A stretch of DNA of 64,000 nucleotides. Origin: Calditrichia bacterium. Its GTDB lineage: Bacteria; Calditrichota; Calditrichia; JAJRVZ01. This document shows, piece after piece, positions 22,029 through 33,940 of the stretch (its first letter is position 1; the number at the start of each line of letters is the position of its first letter). The notes under the pieces are model-generated. The model had not been told where the DNA came from. It saw only the letters and a list, made by a program, of their open reading frames with translations, and searched no databases. The stretch is from positions 160,001 to 224,000 of the forward strand of contig CAVZSQ010000017.1 in the NCBI GenBank assembly GCA_963777955.1, read 5' to 3'. Made by a program: the position numbers and the translations under genes.

Positions 22029-23402
22029 ATGAAGCAGATCATAGGCATGTTAAGCGTGGTACTCTTATTTACTGGTATGGGTTTCGCCCAATCCGCGGCT
22101 CTGTCATTGGAAGAATGTGTGGCCATCGCCTTAAAAAATAATACGACTTTAATCACCACCCGTAATGATGCGCTTAGCGCCAGGAAAGATGTTTTATCTT
22201 CGTATGGCGGAATAATGCCCACCATCGATGCCAGCGCCAGAAAAGGCCGCTATAAAGCCGGTGAAGCCACCGACATGCGTGATGTTCTTGTTGGTGTAGA
22301 TTCCCTGACCGGAAATCCTATTCTGGAGAGAAGACTTATAGTGCAGGAAGGTTTCACCGTAAATTCTAATGATGTGAACTTCAGTGTCAATCAGAATATT
22401 TTTGACGGCGGGGAATGGTGGAATGCGATCGGGTATGCCAGATCACAAAAGACCTGGTCTGAATTAAATTTAACCTCGGTTACCAATACGGTTATTATGA
22501 ACGTGCAACAGGCCTATTTTGATTTATACCGCCAGCAGAAATTACTGGAAGTATACGATCTGGCTGTGAAACGCAGCCAGGATCAACTGGATAAAACTCA
22601 AAAAATGTTCGACCTGGGTGCCGTGGCCAAAGTCAATGTCTTCCGCAGCAAGGTCAACCTGGGCAATGACAAGATCCAGTACCTGGCCCAGCAGAACCTG
22701 GTAATGACGGCCAAAAACAATTTAAACATGGTCATGGGACGGCAGCCGGCTGAGGCGCTGGAAATTGTCCCCGAAATTTCGCTGAAACCAGGTTATAAAA
22801 ATGTAGATGAACTTTATCAGCAGGCGCTGGAAAATAATCCGGAATTGAAAATGTACCGGCAGAATGTCCGCAGTAATGAATTGCTGGTGGCGCGCAGTAA
22901 GAGTCCCATGTGGCCCAGAGTGGGGGCAGGATTTAATTACAGCCGTTCCAATGAGGATATGCAGAGAGTATATTCCGACTTTGACCGCAACTGGGGTTAT
23001 TCGGTGGGAGTTTCCCTGTCGATGAACCTGTTCAACGGTTTCAGGGACATGGTCAATATCCAGAAGAGTAAACTGACGCTTAAAAACAGCATGGAAAACT
23101 ACGAATACAACAAAAAAAATCTGATTGCCAGCGTTATGCAGTACGCCGATAATTATAATTCCTATATGGATATCATAACGATTAATGAAGAAAACCTGGA
23201 AGCTTCCAAAGAAGAATACCGCCTGGCTGAAGAGCGTTACCGCATCGGCTCGGGGACTCAACTGGAAGTGCGCGAGGCGCAGGTGAATCTGACCCGGGCC
23301 GAACAGACCCTGGTGGCAGCCAAATATTATGCCCGCATCACCCAGGCCCAGATCGAACAGGCGCTGGGTAATATTCAGCAAAACGTGCAGGAGAACAATT
23401 AA
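22029..23402 (+). CDS. TolC-family outer membrane efflux protein
   Basis: Signal peptide, LSLEECVAIALKNN, AEERYRIGSGTQLEVREAQ. Confidence 0.92.
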   Translation: MKQIIGMLSVVLLFTGMGFAQSAALSLEECVAIALKNNTTLITTRNDALSARKDVLSSYGGIMPTIDASARKGRYKAGEATDMRDVLVGVDSLTGNPILERRLIVQEGFTVNSNDVNFSVNQNIFDGGEWWNAIGYARSQKTWSELNLTSVTNTVIMNVQQAYFDLYRQQKLLEVYDLAVKRSQDQLDKTQKMFDLGAVAKVNVFRSKVNLGNDKIQYLAQQNLVMTAKNNLNMVMGRQPAEALEIVPEISLKPGYKNVDELYQQALENNPELKMYRQNVRSNELLVARSKSPMWPRVGAGFNYSRSNEDMQRVYSDFDRNWGYSVGVSLSMNLFNGFRDMVNIQKSKLTLKNSMENYEYNKKNLIASVMQYADNYNSYMDIITINEENLEASKEEYRLAEERYRIGSGTQLEVREAQVNLTRAEQTLVAAKYYARITQAQIEQALGNIQQNVQENN

Positions 23403-24673
23403 TGAAAAAGATCATCATCGGTGCAGCCATAGCTGCGGTCGTTATTTTTTTTATTCTGATCAATGTCCTGAAAAAAGATAAAGGTATAGAGGTAGATTCT
23501 GAAAAAGTTCAGCAGGGAACACTGATCCAGAAAGTTTCCGGTTCAGGACAGATCCGGCCGGAAGTACAGGTCAAGGTAAGTTCCCGGGTGGCGGGCAAGA
23601 TACTGAAACTGCACGCCAAGGAAGGGGACAGGGTCAAGAAAGGCGCTTTACTGGTGGAACTGGACCAGGAACAGTACCGGGCCGCCCTGGACCGGGCCAG
23701 TTATAACCTGGATTATATGATCGCCAGCGAGAAAAAGTTGAAGAGCGACCTGGTGCGGGCGGTGGACCTGCACAATAAAGGGCTGTTGTCCCAGGCCGAG
23801 TTCGAAGCGGCGCAGGCCTCGGCTGATGCCGCAGTCAGCAGTACCAACCAGGCCCGGGCCAGCAAGGCGGAGGCGCAGGACCAGCTGTCCAAGACCCGCC
23901 TGTACGCCGATATGGACGGGATCGTGACCAAGTTGAATAAGGAAGAGGGGGAAATGACCCTCGGCTCGCAATTCCAGGAAGACGTGATCATGATCGTGGC
24001 CGACCTTTCCAAGATGGAAGCGGCCATCGAGGTGGATGAAAACGATGTGGTCAATATTTCGCTGGGGGATTCGGCGGCTATCGAAGTGGATGCTTTCGGT
24101 GACACAACCCTGAACGGCCGGGTGAGCGAGATCGCCAACAGCGCCACGATTAAAAATCTGGGAACCCAGGAACAGGTCACTAATTTTGAAGTGGTCGTAT
24201 CGCTGCAGGATTATAATGCCAGACTCCGGCCGGGTATGAGTACCACGGTCGATATTATCACCGAAGTGAAGAATAACGTGCTGAAAATTCCCATCCAGGC
24301 GGTTACGGTACGGGAGAAGGATAAACTGGAAAAAAAACCGGCGGTTGAACAGCCGGTAGAAAAAGAGAAGGAAGAAACAACCCAGGCTGACGGTTCGGCC
24401 GACAAAGCAGCCAAAGAAAAACAGAACATGAAGGAAGTCGTTTTTTGCGTGGAAGAAAGTAAAGCCGTGATTAAAGCGGTGCAACTGGGCATCTCCGATG
24501 ATTCCTATTATGAAGTTATTTCCGGCCTGGAAACAGGCCAGAGCGTGGTTACCGGACCTTTCCGGATTCTCAGTAAAACCCTGAAAGACGGCGATCTGCT
24601 CAAGATTAAAGCGGAAGGCAAGAAAGCATCGGCGGAAAGTAATAACGACCGCACCACTGCCGAAGCGGAGTGA
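23402..24673 (+). CDS. Periplasmic adaptor (MacA/YknX-like MFP)
   Basis: VSSRVAGKI...[22 protein letters not shown]. Confidence 0.92.
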   Translation: MKKIIIGAAIAAVVIFFILINVLKKDKGIEVDSEKVQQGTLIQKVSGSGQIRPEVQVKVSSRVAGKILKLHAKEGDRVKKGALLVELDQEQYRAALDRASYNLDYMIASEKKLKSDLVRAVDLHNKGLLSQAEFEAAQASADAAVSSTNQARASKAEAQDQLSKTRLYADMDGIVTKLNKEEGEMTLGSQFQEDVIMIVADLSKMEAAIEVDENDVVNISLGDSAAIEVDAFGDTTLNGRVSEIANSATIKNLGTQEQVTNFEVVVSLQDYNARLRPGMSTTVDIITEVKNNVLKIPIQAVTVREKDKLEKKPAVEQPVEKEKEETTQADGSADKAAKEKQNMKEVVFCVEESKAVIKAVQLGISDDSYYEVISGLETGQSVVTGPFRILSKTLKDGDLLKIKAEGKKASAESNNDRTTAEAE

Positions 24674-24725
24674 ACATAGTTCAGGAGCACGGCAAATAAT
24701 AAATTTAAGCAAGAGGAAACAAGGT

Positions 24726-25409
24726 ATGCTGATTGAAGTAAAGGATCTGAAGAAAACCTATACCCTGGGCGAGAATATCGAAGTTCCCGCGCTGCGGGGG
24801 ATCAATATGACTATCGATAAAAATGAATACCTGGCCATCATGGGCCCCTCCGGCTCGGGCAAATCCACCCTGATGAATATCATCGGTTGCCTGGACGTGC
24901 CCAGCGAGGGGAGTTATATTCTCAACGCGCATGATGTCAGCCAGATGAGCGATGACGAGCTGGCCGTGATCAGGAACCGGCAGATCGGCTTTGTGTTCCA
25001 GACCTTCAATCTGCTGCCGCGGGCCAATTCGCTGCATAACGTGGAGTTGCCGTTGATTTACAGCGGCGTGAACCGGGGGGTTCGCCGCAACCTGGCCAAA
25101 GAGGCGCTGGAACGGGTGGGACTGGCCGACCGCATGTTCCATAAACCCAATGAACTTTCGGGCGGGCAGCGGCAGCGGGTGGCTATCGCCCGGGCGCTGG
25201 TCAATAATCCGGCCATCATCCTGGCCGATGAACCGACCGGTAACCTGGATTCCAATACCGGCGAGGAGATCATGGAAATTTTCGAACAACTGCACAAGGC
25301 CGGCAATACCATTGTACTGATCACGCATGAGGAATATATCGCCAAGCACAGCAAGCGGGTTATCAAACTGCTGGACGGCCTGGTTCAATCCGACGAGAAA
25401 TTGAATTAG
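24726..25409 (+). CDS. ABC ATPase (MacB/LolD/YknY-like)
   Basis: [44 protein letters not shown]. Confidence 0.95.
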   Translation: MLIEVKDLKKTYTLGENIEVPALRGINMTIDKNEYLAIMGPSGSGKSTLMNIIGCLDVPSEGSYILNAHDVSQMSDDELAVIRNRQIGFVFQTFNLLPRANSLHNVELPLIYSGVNRGVRRNLAKEALERVGLADRMFHKPNELSGGQRQRVAIARALVNNPAIILADEPTGNLDSNTGEEIMEIFEQLHKAGNTIVLITHEEYIAKHSKRVIKLLDGLVQSDEKLN

Positions 25410-25444
25410 CGATTAATCTGAAATTCAGAAAAAGAAAATAGATT

Positions 25445-26683
25445 ATGTATACTTTTACCGTAATCGGCGAATACCTGCTGATGGCCTGGCAGGCTTTGAG
25501 TACGCACAAGATGCGTTCGATCCTGACCACCCTGGGCATCCTGATCGGTGTGACTACCATTATCACTATTTTCACCGCCATTCAGGGTATTAATGAATAT
25601 ATAATGGGTTCACTGGCCAAGATAGGTTCCTCAACTGTTTACGTGGATAAAATGCCCTGGGTATTTGACGAGAACTGGTGGAAATACCGTAACCGCCGGG
25701 AGATCACCTACAGTGAATACGAAGCGCTGCAGAAATATTCCACCGAAGCGGATTATATTGCACCGTCTGTATTCAGCATGAAAAAACTCAGATATAAAAA
25801 AGAGATCTACGACCAGATACCGGTAGTAGGCACCAACGAGGAATACAAGGATACCGATAATGTCAATCCGGCCGAAGGACGCTTTCTGACCGAACTGGAT
25901 GTAAGCCGCAATCACAAAGTTTGTGTGATTGGCCAGGATATAAAAACCAAACTGTTTAAAGACGAAGATCCCCTGGGCAAACGGATTAAAATCGGTGATG
26001 ATAAGTATATAGTTGTCGGGGTCAACGAAAAGCAGGGTAATGTATTAGGGATGAGCATAGATAATATTGTCATCGTGCCGATCGGCACTTTCCGGCGGGT
26101 ATTCGGCGGCTGGGAACACGAAAGCCGCGGCCTGACCATTTCCCTGAACGTGACGGATGTATCCCGGATCGAAGCGATGAAAGACGAAGCGCGGGGCATC
26201 CTGCGCCGGGTGCGCAAAGTGGCTGCGGCCGATGATGACGACTTTGCCCTGAACCAGATGGACCAGCTGACCGAATTGTACCGCAAATTGACCGGCACCC
26301 TGTACATGATCATTTTCGTGATCGGCGGCGTATCGCTGGTGGTAGGGGGTATCGGCATCACCAATATCATGCTGGTCAGCGTGACTGAGCGTACCAAGGA
26401 AATCGGCATCCGTAAAGCGATCGGCGCCAAACAGCGCAACATACTCTCCCAGTTCCTGATTGAAGCGGTCGCTATCTCCTCGGTGGGGGGTATCCTGGGT
26501 ATTATCCTGGGTTATCTGGGGGGGAATGCCGTGCTGTCGTTGATGAATTTATCAACCGGCATCAGCCTGGCCTCTGTCCTGATCGGTTTTGGCTTTTCGA
26601 CTTTCGTGGGGGTAGTGGCGGGCTTCTACCCGGCCTGGAAGGGTGCGCGCATGAATCCGATTGATTCGCTGCATTATGAATAA
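25445..26683 (+). CDS. MacB/FtsX-type ABC permease
   Basis: RSILTTLGILIG, GGIGITNIMLVSVTERTKEIGIRKAIGA, PIDSLHYE. Confidence 0.93.
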   Translation: MYTFTVIGEYLLMAWQALSTHKMRSILTTLGILIGVTTIITIFTAIQGINEYIMGSLAKIGSSTVYVDKMPWVFDENWWKYRNRREITYSEYEALQKYSTEADYIAPSVFSMKKLRYKKEIYDQIPVVGTNEEYKDTDNVNPAEGRFLTELDVSRNHKVCVIGQDIKTKLFKDEDPLGKRIKIGDDKYIVVGVNEKQGNVLGMSIDNIVIVPIGTFRRVFGGWEHESRGLTISLNVTDVSRIEAMKDEARGILRRVRKVAAADDDDFALNQMDQLTELYRKLTGTLYMIIFVIGGVSLVVGGIGITNIMLVSVTERTKEIGIRKAIGAKQRNILSQFLIEAVAISSVGGILGIILGYLGGNAVLSLMNLSTGISLASVLIGFGFSTFVGVVAGFYPAWKGARMNPIDSLHYE

Positions 26684-26689
26684 GGATAT

Positions 26690-27925
26690 TTGCTAATGTA
26701 TATTCAGGAAAATCTGGCGGTTGCCTGGACGCAACTGAGAGGGAGCAAGTTAAGGTCGATTCTGACCATCCTGGGTATTTCCATCGGCATCATGACGGTT
26801 ATCCTGATTGTCTCGGTGCTGGAAGGGTACCGCCAGAATATAACCCGTGAATTACAGGGATTAGGAGCCAATGTTTTCCAGGTGGAAAAGTTTGACCGTA
26901 ATCCCGGTATCCATGTGGGTCATGAACAGCGCGAATACCGCAAGGATTTGTTGAAAGAGTACGCCGTGGAACTAAGGGAAAGATGCCCGGCGGTCAGGTT
27001 TGTCGGGGCTGAAGTCTGGTATTACAATATTGCGATCCATTATAAAGATAAGAAAACCAATCCCACTTATTACCTGGCCGGCGGCGAACCGGAATATTTT
27101 GTGAACAATGCCGAACCGGTGGGGTATGGCCGGGCCCTGCTGCGCAGCGATGTGGAATCCAATGCCAAGGTGGCGGTGCTGGGCCTGGATATTGTCAATG
27201 AACTTTTTCCGCACGAAGACCCGCTGGGTAAATTCGTCAGAATTTCCGGTACGAAATTTAAAGTGATCGGCACTTTTGAAAAGATGGGTACAGCGACCTT
27301 CGGCCGCAGCAAGGACAACAAGGCGGTCATACCGATCACCGCTTACGAAGATATTTTCGGCCGGGAGCGTTCGGTTTACCTGACCGTGCAGGCTGAGGAT
27401 GTCGAGCACATGGAAGAAGCCAAGGCCCAGGTGACCGGTGTGCTGCGGCAGATACGCAAGATACCGCCGGGCAAGGAGAACGATTTTGAAATCTGGTCAA
27501 ATGACTCGCTGATCGAATCCTTCAACGATACCGCCAGGATAATCCAGATGGGCGGAATAGCGATCGGGCTGATTTCATTGTTAGTGGGCAGTATCGGCGT
27601 GATGAATATAATGCTGGTGACCGTCACCGAGCGGACGCGGGAGATCGGGGTGCGCAAGGCTCTGGGTGCGCGGCGCCGGGTAATTTTAACCCAGTTTTTA
27701 AGTGAATCGATTTTTCTGAGCCTGATCGGGGGAATGATCGGGCTGCTGCTGGGAGTGCTGCTGGCTTTACTGGTCAGTTCTTTATTCAAAATGCCTTTTG
27801 CCATTCCGCTGTGGGCTGTGCTGGCTTCTCTGGGCGTGACTACCGCGGTCGGACTGGTAGCCGGCGTTTATCCCGCGGCCAAGGCGTCAAAACTGGATCC
27901 GATTGTGGCGCTCCGTTATGAGTAA
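26690..27925 (+). CDS. MacB/FtsX-type ABC permease (paralog)
   Basis: RSILTILGISIG, IGVMNIMLVTVTERTREIG, PIVALRYE. Confidence 0.93.
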   Translation: MLMYIQENLAVAWTQLRGSKLRSILTILGISIGIMTVILIVSVLEGYRQNITRELQGLGANVFQVEKFDRNPGIHVGHEQREYRKDLLKEYAVELRERCPAVRFVGAEVWYYNIAIHYKDKKTNPTYYLAGGEPEYFVNNAEPVGYGRALLRSDVESNAKVAVLGLDIVNELFPHEDPLGKFVRISGTKFKVIGTFEKMGTATFGRSKDNKAVIPITAYEDIFGRERSVYLTVQAEDVEHMEEAKAQVTGVLRQIRKIPPGKENDFEIWSNDSLIESFNDTARIIQMGGIAIGLISLLVGSIGVMNIMLVTVTERTREIGVRKALGARRRVILTQFLSESIFLSLIGGMIGLLLGVLLALLVSSLFKMPFAIPLWAVLASLGVTTAVGLVAGVYPAAKASKLDPIVALRYE

Positions 27926-27946
27926 TAATGAATATGATAGAAAGTT

Positions 27947-28386
27947 TTAGTACCTTAGTACCTTAGTACCTTAGTTCCTTAGTTCCTTAGTCTCTACCTA
28001 TCGCCAAATCTTCGACCTGAGTTCCAGAGACAGTAAAAATCCAGAAGTCATTCCCGCTGAACAAATGCCTTGCCTGTCTGTAGTACAGGCGGGAATCTTT
28101 CCTGACTTATTGATATTTTCTTTGCGTCCTCTGCACTTTCCTCAGCGCCCTTTGCGTTTAAAAGATCAAAAGCAAAACGCAACGGCCGCCAAGGAAACGC
28201 AATGGACGCAGAAAAAATATTCATAGTTAGTTTAAGTTTTATTCCATTTATCCATTACCTCTATCTAACGGAACATTTTAGACCTGTCAGCGCCAGGCCT
28301 CCGACCTTCGTCCCTACCTAGCGGTAGGTCGCCGATCTTTGTCTCTTTTTTCTCAGGTACTCAGGTATTCAGGAACTAAGGGACTA
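27947..28386. repeat. Composite intergenic repeat mosaic bracketed by inverted octamer arrays
   Basis: (TTAGTWCC)x5 at 27947 and the inverse array at 28352-28386 enclose family B, family A (28047-28098) and family F (28120-28212) modules. Confidence 0.85.
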
Positions 28387-28391
28387 TTTCT

Positions 28392-29124
28392 TTAATGCAT
28401 ATCCATCGAACCAAATATCGACCAGGGGTAATAACGCCTCAACTCCCTGAGCACCAGGATGTCTGCGGCAAGTCCCAGCAGGGTATAAATAATCCTGCCG
28501 CTGACCGGTTTGGGCAGCCTGATCACGGCCACATTTTCTCCCGGAATTTTCTGCAGATCCGCTGGTTGATTCAACCCGCACTTCCGAACGCAGCGGTACC
28601 AGGCCATTATTAACGTATGATTTGATGATCTGCGCATTCATATTTTTGCCCTGACGATTGATAATTCTCTCCATGTTATCCAGGATTTCGTCGCTGAACC
28701 GGTTGTGTTCAGGCAGATGGATGCTGATCGAATTCAGATCAAAGCCGGAAAACAGGCAGGGTGATTCAACTGTAAAGGTAAGCAGGCCAGATTTCCGGAT
28801 CAGTGTGATGGTATCGTTTAAAACCGGGAAGAGTAAATTGTATTTCGGATCGGATTGAAAGGCATTATAGCGTTGCAGATACAGGGTTGAATCGATCTGT
28901 TCCGTTCCCCGGAATTTACCCTCCACAATCTGATAATCGTTGAGATGAATCTGCACCGAGGTCTGCGGCCTGATTTTCCGTACCTTTTTTATGGAAGGGG
29001 ATTTCAGCACCGCGCGGCCGGTATCGGCCTTGGCTCCGGCCAGGAAGCCGAGGACGGTGCAGCCATTTAAAACTGCCAGACAGAAACCGGAGAGAACGAT
29101 GTATAAAAATTTTTTACGGATCAT
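28392..29124 (-). CDS. Lipoprotein of an unknown three-copy family, copy 1 (frameshift near 28560)
   Basis: LNGC lipobox; alignable by eye to 50050-50775 and 56901-57638. Confidence 0.75.
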
Positions 29125-29221
29125 ATAGCTGTCCCTTTATTTAGCTATACAGAACAAGGAGAAGATATCATCAGGCCACGGGCTATTGTCAAAAAATTGT
29201 CAGGGTTGTGTAAAAAATTCT

Positions 29222-29376
29222 GTAAAGAGTATAAGAGTAAAGGGTACAAAAGTATAAGTAGGAGGCGCTTCCAGCGCTGATCCTTATAAAAATCCAAGTT
29301 AAAAGATAAAGAGGTAAAGAATCAGCATTTTAAACTTTTTGCCACTTTCCTCTTAATTTTCGCCTTTAACCTTTAA
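29222..29376. repeat. Purine-rich octamer-type tandem arrays with an internal GTAGGAGGCGCTTCC palindrome
   Basis: gtaaagagtataagagtaaagggtacaaaa; gtaggaggcgcttccagcgc also at 20763; pyrimidine-rich return arm at 29345-29376. Confidence 0.6.
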
Positions 29377-29405
29377 ACCATAACATCTTATAAGAATGGG
29401 TCAAA

Positions 29406-29573
29406 CTACTTAATCAACACCATTCGTTTTACCGCAGAGAACCTGCCTTGCCATTGATAGAAATAAATCCCGCTGGCCAACGGGAACCGTAATGAATACC
29501 TGATACCGCCCGGCTTCGGGCAGGATGGCTGTTCGCGCAGCGATCCTGCCTATTTTACTTTCCACATGATCAT
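29406..29573 (-). pseudogene. Remnant of a secreted protein: start region joined to the last half of a C-terminal sorting domain
   Basis: Ends LASGIYFYQWQGRFSAVKRMVLIK-stop; RBS and ATG only about 165 nt upstream. Confidence 0.5.
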
Positions 29574-29584
29574 CACCCCCTTTC

Positions 29585-30698
29585 TCATTTTTGCCTTCCG
29601 CGTAAAATTAAAGTTTGCTGGTTGGAAGGATAAATATAACCGGCGATAAAAACATATTTATCATGCACCCATACGGCATAGTATGATATATTGGGCAAAT
29701 CCGTAAATTTATGCCAGCTATGACCCGTTGAAATGAAATAAATCACCAAACATACCAACCGTAAAAATGTTATTTTCAGAACTTCCTGAAACATCAACCA
29801 GGTCGATGGATATTGAAGGGGGAATGATTATCTTTTGCCAGACGCCATTTTCCCATCTAAAAACTCCAGTACACCAACTGAATAAAACGAGATCGTGGAT
29901 TTATGACTCCACAACGCAGAAGTACCAAAGGTTACAGTATCCGGATTGATTCACAGTCAAGATAACTATCTATGACTTCCCAGGTATTGCCATTGTATTT
30001 TAGAAAATGGTAAGTAGTTGTATCCATAGGAGACATATCATCCTGTTGATAACCAAGGGCATATACCTCATCAGTTGAAAAACCGGTAATTGATAAAATT
30101 CCTGCATTTACTCCGAATGTATACTCGGTCCAATTTACTCCATCGTAGTGATGGAATCTTGTTAAAAAAATCACCCACCCATAAATCTGAACTTGAAGTT
30201 CCCCATACCGATAATCAAACTAGAGGATTGAGGGAAATCCTTTTTTGACCCAGTCCACTTCCGTCAAAATGTAAAACTATACCTTGATCTTGAGATTTTT
30301 CACCGACTATCCAGATATCATTCTCGGCAAAGCCATAAATACCCATAAACCGTGTTGGTCCCAAATAAAAGGGATCAATAGGACCATCATAATTCACCAG
30401 ACTCTTCCATTTAGCTCCATCCCAATGCCAGATTGAACCAAGACTACCTTGATCATTATGTCCTACGGCATAGACATTAGTTTCTGTAGTGCCCCATATA
30501 TCTAGTATCAGAGTTTGATAGGAACCTGGGTAATCCAAAGTATCGAATTCCCAGGTGAAATTATGGCTGGTGGTATCGGCCTTGTTGGTCGATCAGCGAA
30601 GTATAAAATAGACCCTTCCCTTCGCAATTAAAAAAAATTTCAGAAAGAATAAATCCTAATAATAAGAATTCGAGTGCATGTACCAATCTGGATTTCAT
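29585..30698 (-). CDS. Beta-propeller-type lipoprotein (several frameshifts)
   Basis: MKSRLVHALEFLLLGFILSEIFFNC lipobox; DTTSHNFTWEFD; repeated DIWG...NVYAVG...HWDGAKW units. Confidence 0.65.
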
Positions 30699-30903
30699 AT
30701 TCAGATCACCTCGATTAGATTTTGTCAGTAATGATTTAAATATTTAATTAAGGTCAATAAAATATTGCCACGCGGCGAAACACAATAAACGATTTTACTG
30801 AATCAATTTTGAGCGTCTCAATTTTCAGATATAATTTTTCGTCTGGAACTAAACACCGGTATATTATATCTTTTTTTTTCTTTGCAAGAATTATTTTAAA
30901 AAT

Positions 30904-31186
30904 TAGTTCCTGAGTACCTGAGTTCCTTGGTACCTGAGTCCCTGAGCAAACTAAGGTTCCTTGACGTTTTCCTCCAACCATTATTAATTACTTTTAATCA
31001 ATAGATTCCCGCCGTTCCACAATCAGGATAGGCATGTGCTTAGCGGGAATGACATATTTGTCTCTTCTAAAACAACCCCCTTACCTCCCTGCCTTGCGGC
31101 AGATCTTCGACCTTTTCTAAGGGGGAACTCCGTGCCTTTACTTTGGTCTAATTATCAGTAGGTCCTTCCGACCTTTGTGCCTGTCA
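30904..31186. repeat. Composite repeat mosaic (octamer array, family A, family B)
   Basis: (AGTWCCTG)-type array, family A at 31003-31053, B-type tcttcgacctt and tccgacctttgtgcctgtc. Confidence 0.75.
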
Positions 31187-31241
31187 TTCTACTTTCACCT
31201 CGAATGAATTTTTATATATATTAAAAAAATGTGAGGTTCAA

Positions 31242-31700
31242 ATGTCCGAGAAAGAAAAGATCCAGATAGAGGTGGAAGTCCCGTCCCATACGCTGCATGT
31301 GGAGCATGCCAGTTGTTCGGCCGGACATTCGCTGCGCGATGAAGCGGTGCAGATCCACGGCCACCCCGCGCTGAAGGTGAACATCAAGTGCAAAGGCAAA
31401 TCGGGGGTGCTGTATCTCGATCCGGTCTACGGCAGTTTCGATAACATCGAAAAAGGGATCAAACTGGCCAAGGGCGACCTGGTGGAGATGTTCTGTCCCA
31501 CCTGCGGAATCAACCTGAAAGACGCTACTGATACCTGCCAGTCCTGTTCGGCGCCGATGTTCGTGTTCCACCTGCCCAAGGGGGGCATCATCGAAGGGTG
31601 CACGCGCCGCGGCTGCATGTTCCACAAACTGAAGATCGTCGACGGGGCCGAACAGGTCTCGCGCCTGTTCCAGAACAGCACGCTGGAATCTTATCTGTAA
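31242..31700 (+). CDS. Cys-rich hypothetical protein (probable zinc ribbons)
   Basis: GAGG RBS; CSAGH, CPTC, CQSC, CTRRGC..H; GC-rich codon usage. Confidence 0.75.
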   Translation: MSEKEKIQIEVEVPSHTLHVEHASCSAGHSLRDEAVQIHGHPALKVNIKCKGKSGVLYLDPVYGSFDNIEKGIKLAKGDLVEMFCPTCGINLKDATDTCQSCSAPMFVFHLPKGGIIEGCTRRGCMFHKLKIVDGAEQVSRLFQNSTLESYL

Positions 31701-31851
31701 GCCGTACTGAGTTCGCAGCTGGCGCTGACTGCGGGTATTTCCTGTTCAGCAAATCTTAAGTTCAGAAGTACAAGGTTTACTGATTATCTTTTGAATTAAG
31801 TAATATAAAGATCTGATCTACAGGGACACAGATTAAAAAGGAGAAGATAGT

Positions 31852-32191
31852 ATGAAATTATCAAAACATCTCTCCTGCCTTTATCCGGCCTTATTGATTT
31901 TTAGTTGTTCCGGAAGCATTTTACCGTTCGAAGATGCTGATATCATAAATGGTAGCGGGACTATTATTTATGAATCGGATCTACGGGACCAGGCTTCATA
32001 TTATATACAATCGGATATTTTCTATCAAGGTACAGATAGACTTTATCCGACCAATCTGCCCGAAGGCTTATAAAATTGACAGCCTGAGGGTAGTGTTCAG
32101 CGGTAAATTAATCGAATGTCCACCCAATGCCTCCATGCTTATGCTCAAGAAATTAAATTGTCAGCTGATAGAGGCGATAAACGGAAATTAA
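31852..32191 (+). CDS. Small lipoprotein (frameshift near 32070)
   Basis: AGGAG RBS, IFSC lipobox, LYPTNLPE then KIDSLRVVFSG in the next frame. Confidence 0.55.
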
Positions 32192-32330
32192 TTTAGAAAA
32201 CGTTGCACACGATATATATTCCCAAAGAATACCACCTTTGCCGGATTGGCGAGGGCAGGTGGTCGATCTTATCCCATTTTAATTCAGCAATGTCCACGGA
32301 TTATACAAAAACAGTTGAGGTGATTGAATC

Positions 32331-33747
32331 ATGGCCAAACTTAGTTTTTACGGAGCGACCGGGATTGTCACCGGCTCGCGTTATCTATTGGAAACCCAGG
32401 GCAAACGGCTGCTGATCGACTGCGGGATGTTCCAGGGGGTCAAGGAAGACCGCGAGCGCAACTGGGAACCGTTCCCGGTGTCGCCTATCGAGATCGATGC
32501 CGTGCTGCTGACCCACGCCCATATCGATCACAGCGGCTACCTGCCGCGGCTGGGGCGTAACGGTTTCGGCGGCAAGATCTATTGCACCTATGCCACGCGG
32601 GACCTGTGCGACGTGATGCTGCAGGATTCGGCGCACCTGCAGGAAGAAGATGCCCAGTACGCCAATAAGAAAGGCTACAGCAAACACCAGCCCGCCCTGC
32701 CGTTGTACACGGTGGAAGATGCCCTTAAGGTAATCAAACAGTTTGCGCCGGTCTATTACGGCGAGGATCTGTTCCTGACCGACAACCTGCGCATCAAGTT
32801 CCGCGATGCCGGGCATATACTCGGCTCAGCCATGATCGATGTCAAGTTGAATCCAGACAACGACACGCGCCGGATTTTGTTCAGCGGCGATCTGGGCCGG
32901 CCCGACCAGCCGATCCTGCGCGACCCGGCCCAGGTGTTCAACGTCGATTACCTGGTGGTGGAATCGACCTACGGCGACCGCCTGCATGATGGTGGTACAC
33001 CTCAGGTGGGCCTTAGGCGCAAATACACTCCAAGACCTGGCCAGGGTGATCAATGAAACAGTGCAACGCAACGGGGTGCTGGTGATACCGGCTTTTGCCG
33101 TGGGACGCACGCAGACCCTGTTGTTCAATATCCGCCAACTGGAAGAGCAACAGCAGATACCGCTGTTGCCGGTTTATGTGGATTCGCCCATGGCCGCGCA
33201 GGCCACGCAGATCTTCGAGCAGCACCGCATCGATTACGATTTCCAGGCCAAGATCCTGGAACTGCAGGGCAAGAAGATCTTACAGCCGCGGCTGCTGCAT
33301 GTAACACGCGATGTGGAGGAGTCCAAGCGGTTGCATGACCTGAAGTCGCGGGCCATCATTATTTCGGCCAGCGGCATGGTCACCGGCGGACGGATCCTGC
33401 ATCACCTGCAGCACAGGTTGCCCGAAGCCAGGAACACGGTGCTTTTTATCGGCTATCAGGCCGTGGGCACCCGTGGCCGTGGTATCCTGGAAGGGCAGCC
33501 GCTGGTGAAGATCCACGGCGAAGAGGTGGCGGTGAAAGCGAAGGTGGAGAATATACCCGGCTATTCCGCCCATGCCGATTACAACGAGATCCTGGCCTGG
33601 CTGATGGGCTTTAACCGGCCGCCCAGGCAGACCTTTATCGTGCACGGCGAACCTGAGGCCTCGCAGGCCCTGGCGCAGAAGATCGGACAAGTCCTGCACT
33701 GGCCGACGGTGATACCGAAGTTCGGGGAGGAGTTTCAGTTGGAATGA
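32331..33747 (+). CDS. Metallo-beta-lactamase / beta-CASP ribonuclease (frameshift near 33010)
   Basis: LTHAHIDHSG, DAGHILGS, FSGDLG, VESTYG, PAFAVGRTQ, SGMVTGGRILHHL, YSAHAD, VHGE. Confidence 0.92.
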
Positions 33748-33753
33748 TGTGAG

Positions 33754-33928
33754 AAAGGGCAAAGGGAAAAGGGTAATGGATAAAGGTTAAAAGGATAAAA
33801 GGTAAATAGGTCAAGATCTACCGAAACTCAGCGCCTTTTTTCCTTTTAACCTCTTGACCTTTTATCCTTTATTACTGTCATTCCCACCGCAGGGATGTCT
33901 TGTTTGATTGTAATACAGACGGGAATCT
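33754..33928. repeat. Inverted purine/pyrimidine octamer arms plus a family A element
   Basis: AAAGGGCA/AAAGGATA-type array, complementary array at 33834-33870, family A at 33877-33928. Confidence 0.75.
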
Positions 33929-33940
33929 ATAAGAAATGCA

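Noticed and set aside
22722..25388. Long antisense ORFs over tolC, MFP and ATPase genes
   Set aside because: Shadow frames of well-conserved genes with no recognisable motifs
27947..28386. Tandem arrays as a CRISPR array
   Set aside because: Units are 8 bp with no unique spacers, and no cas genes are present
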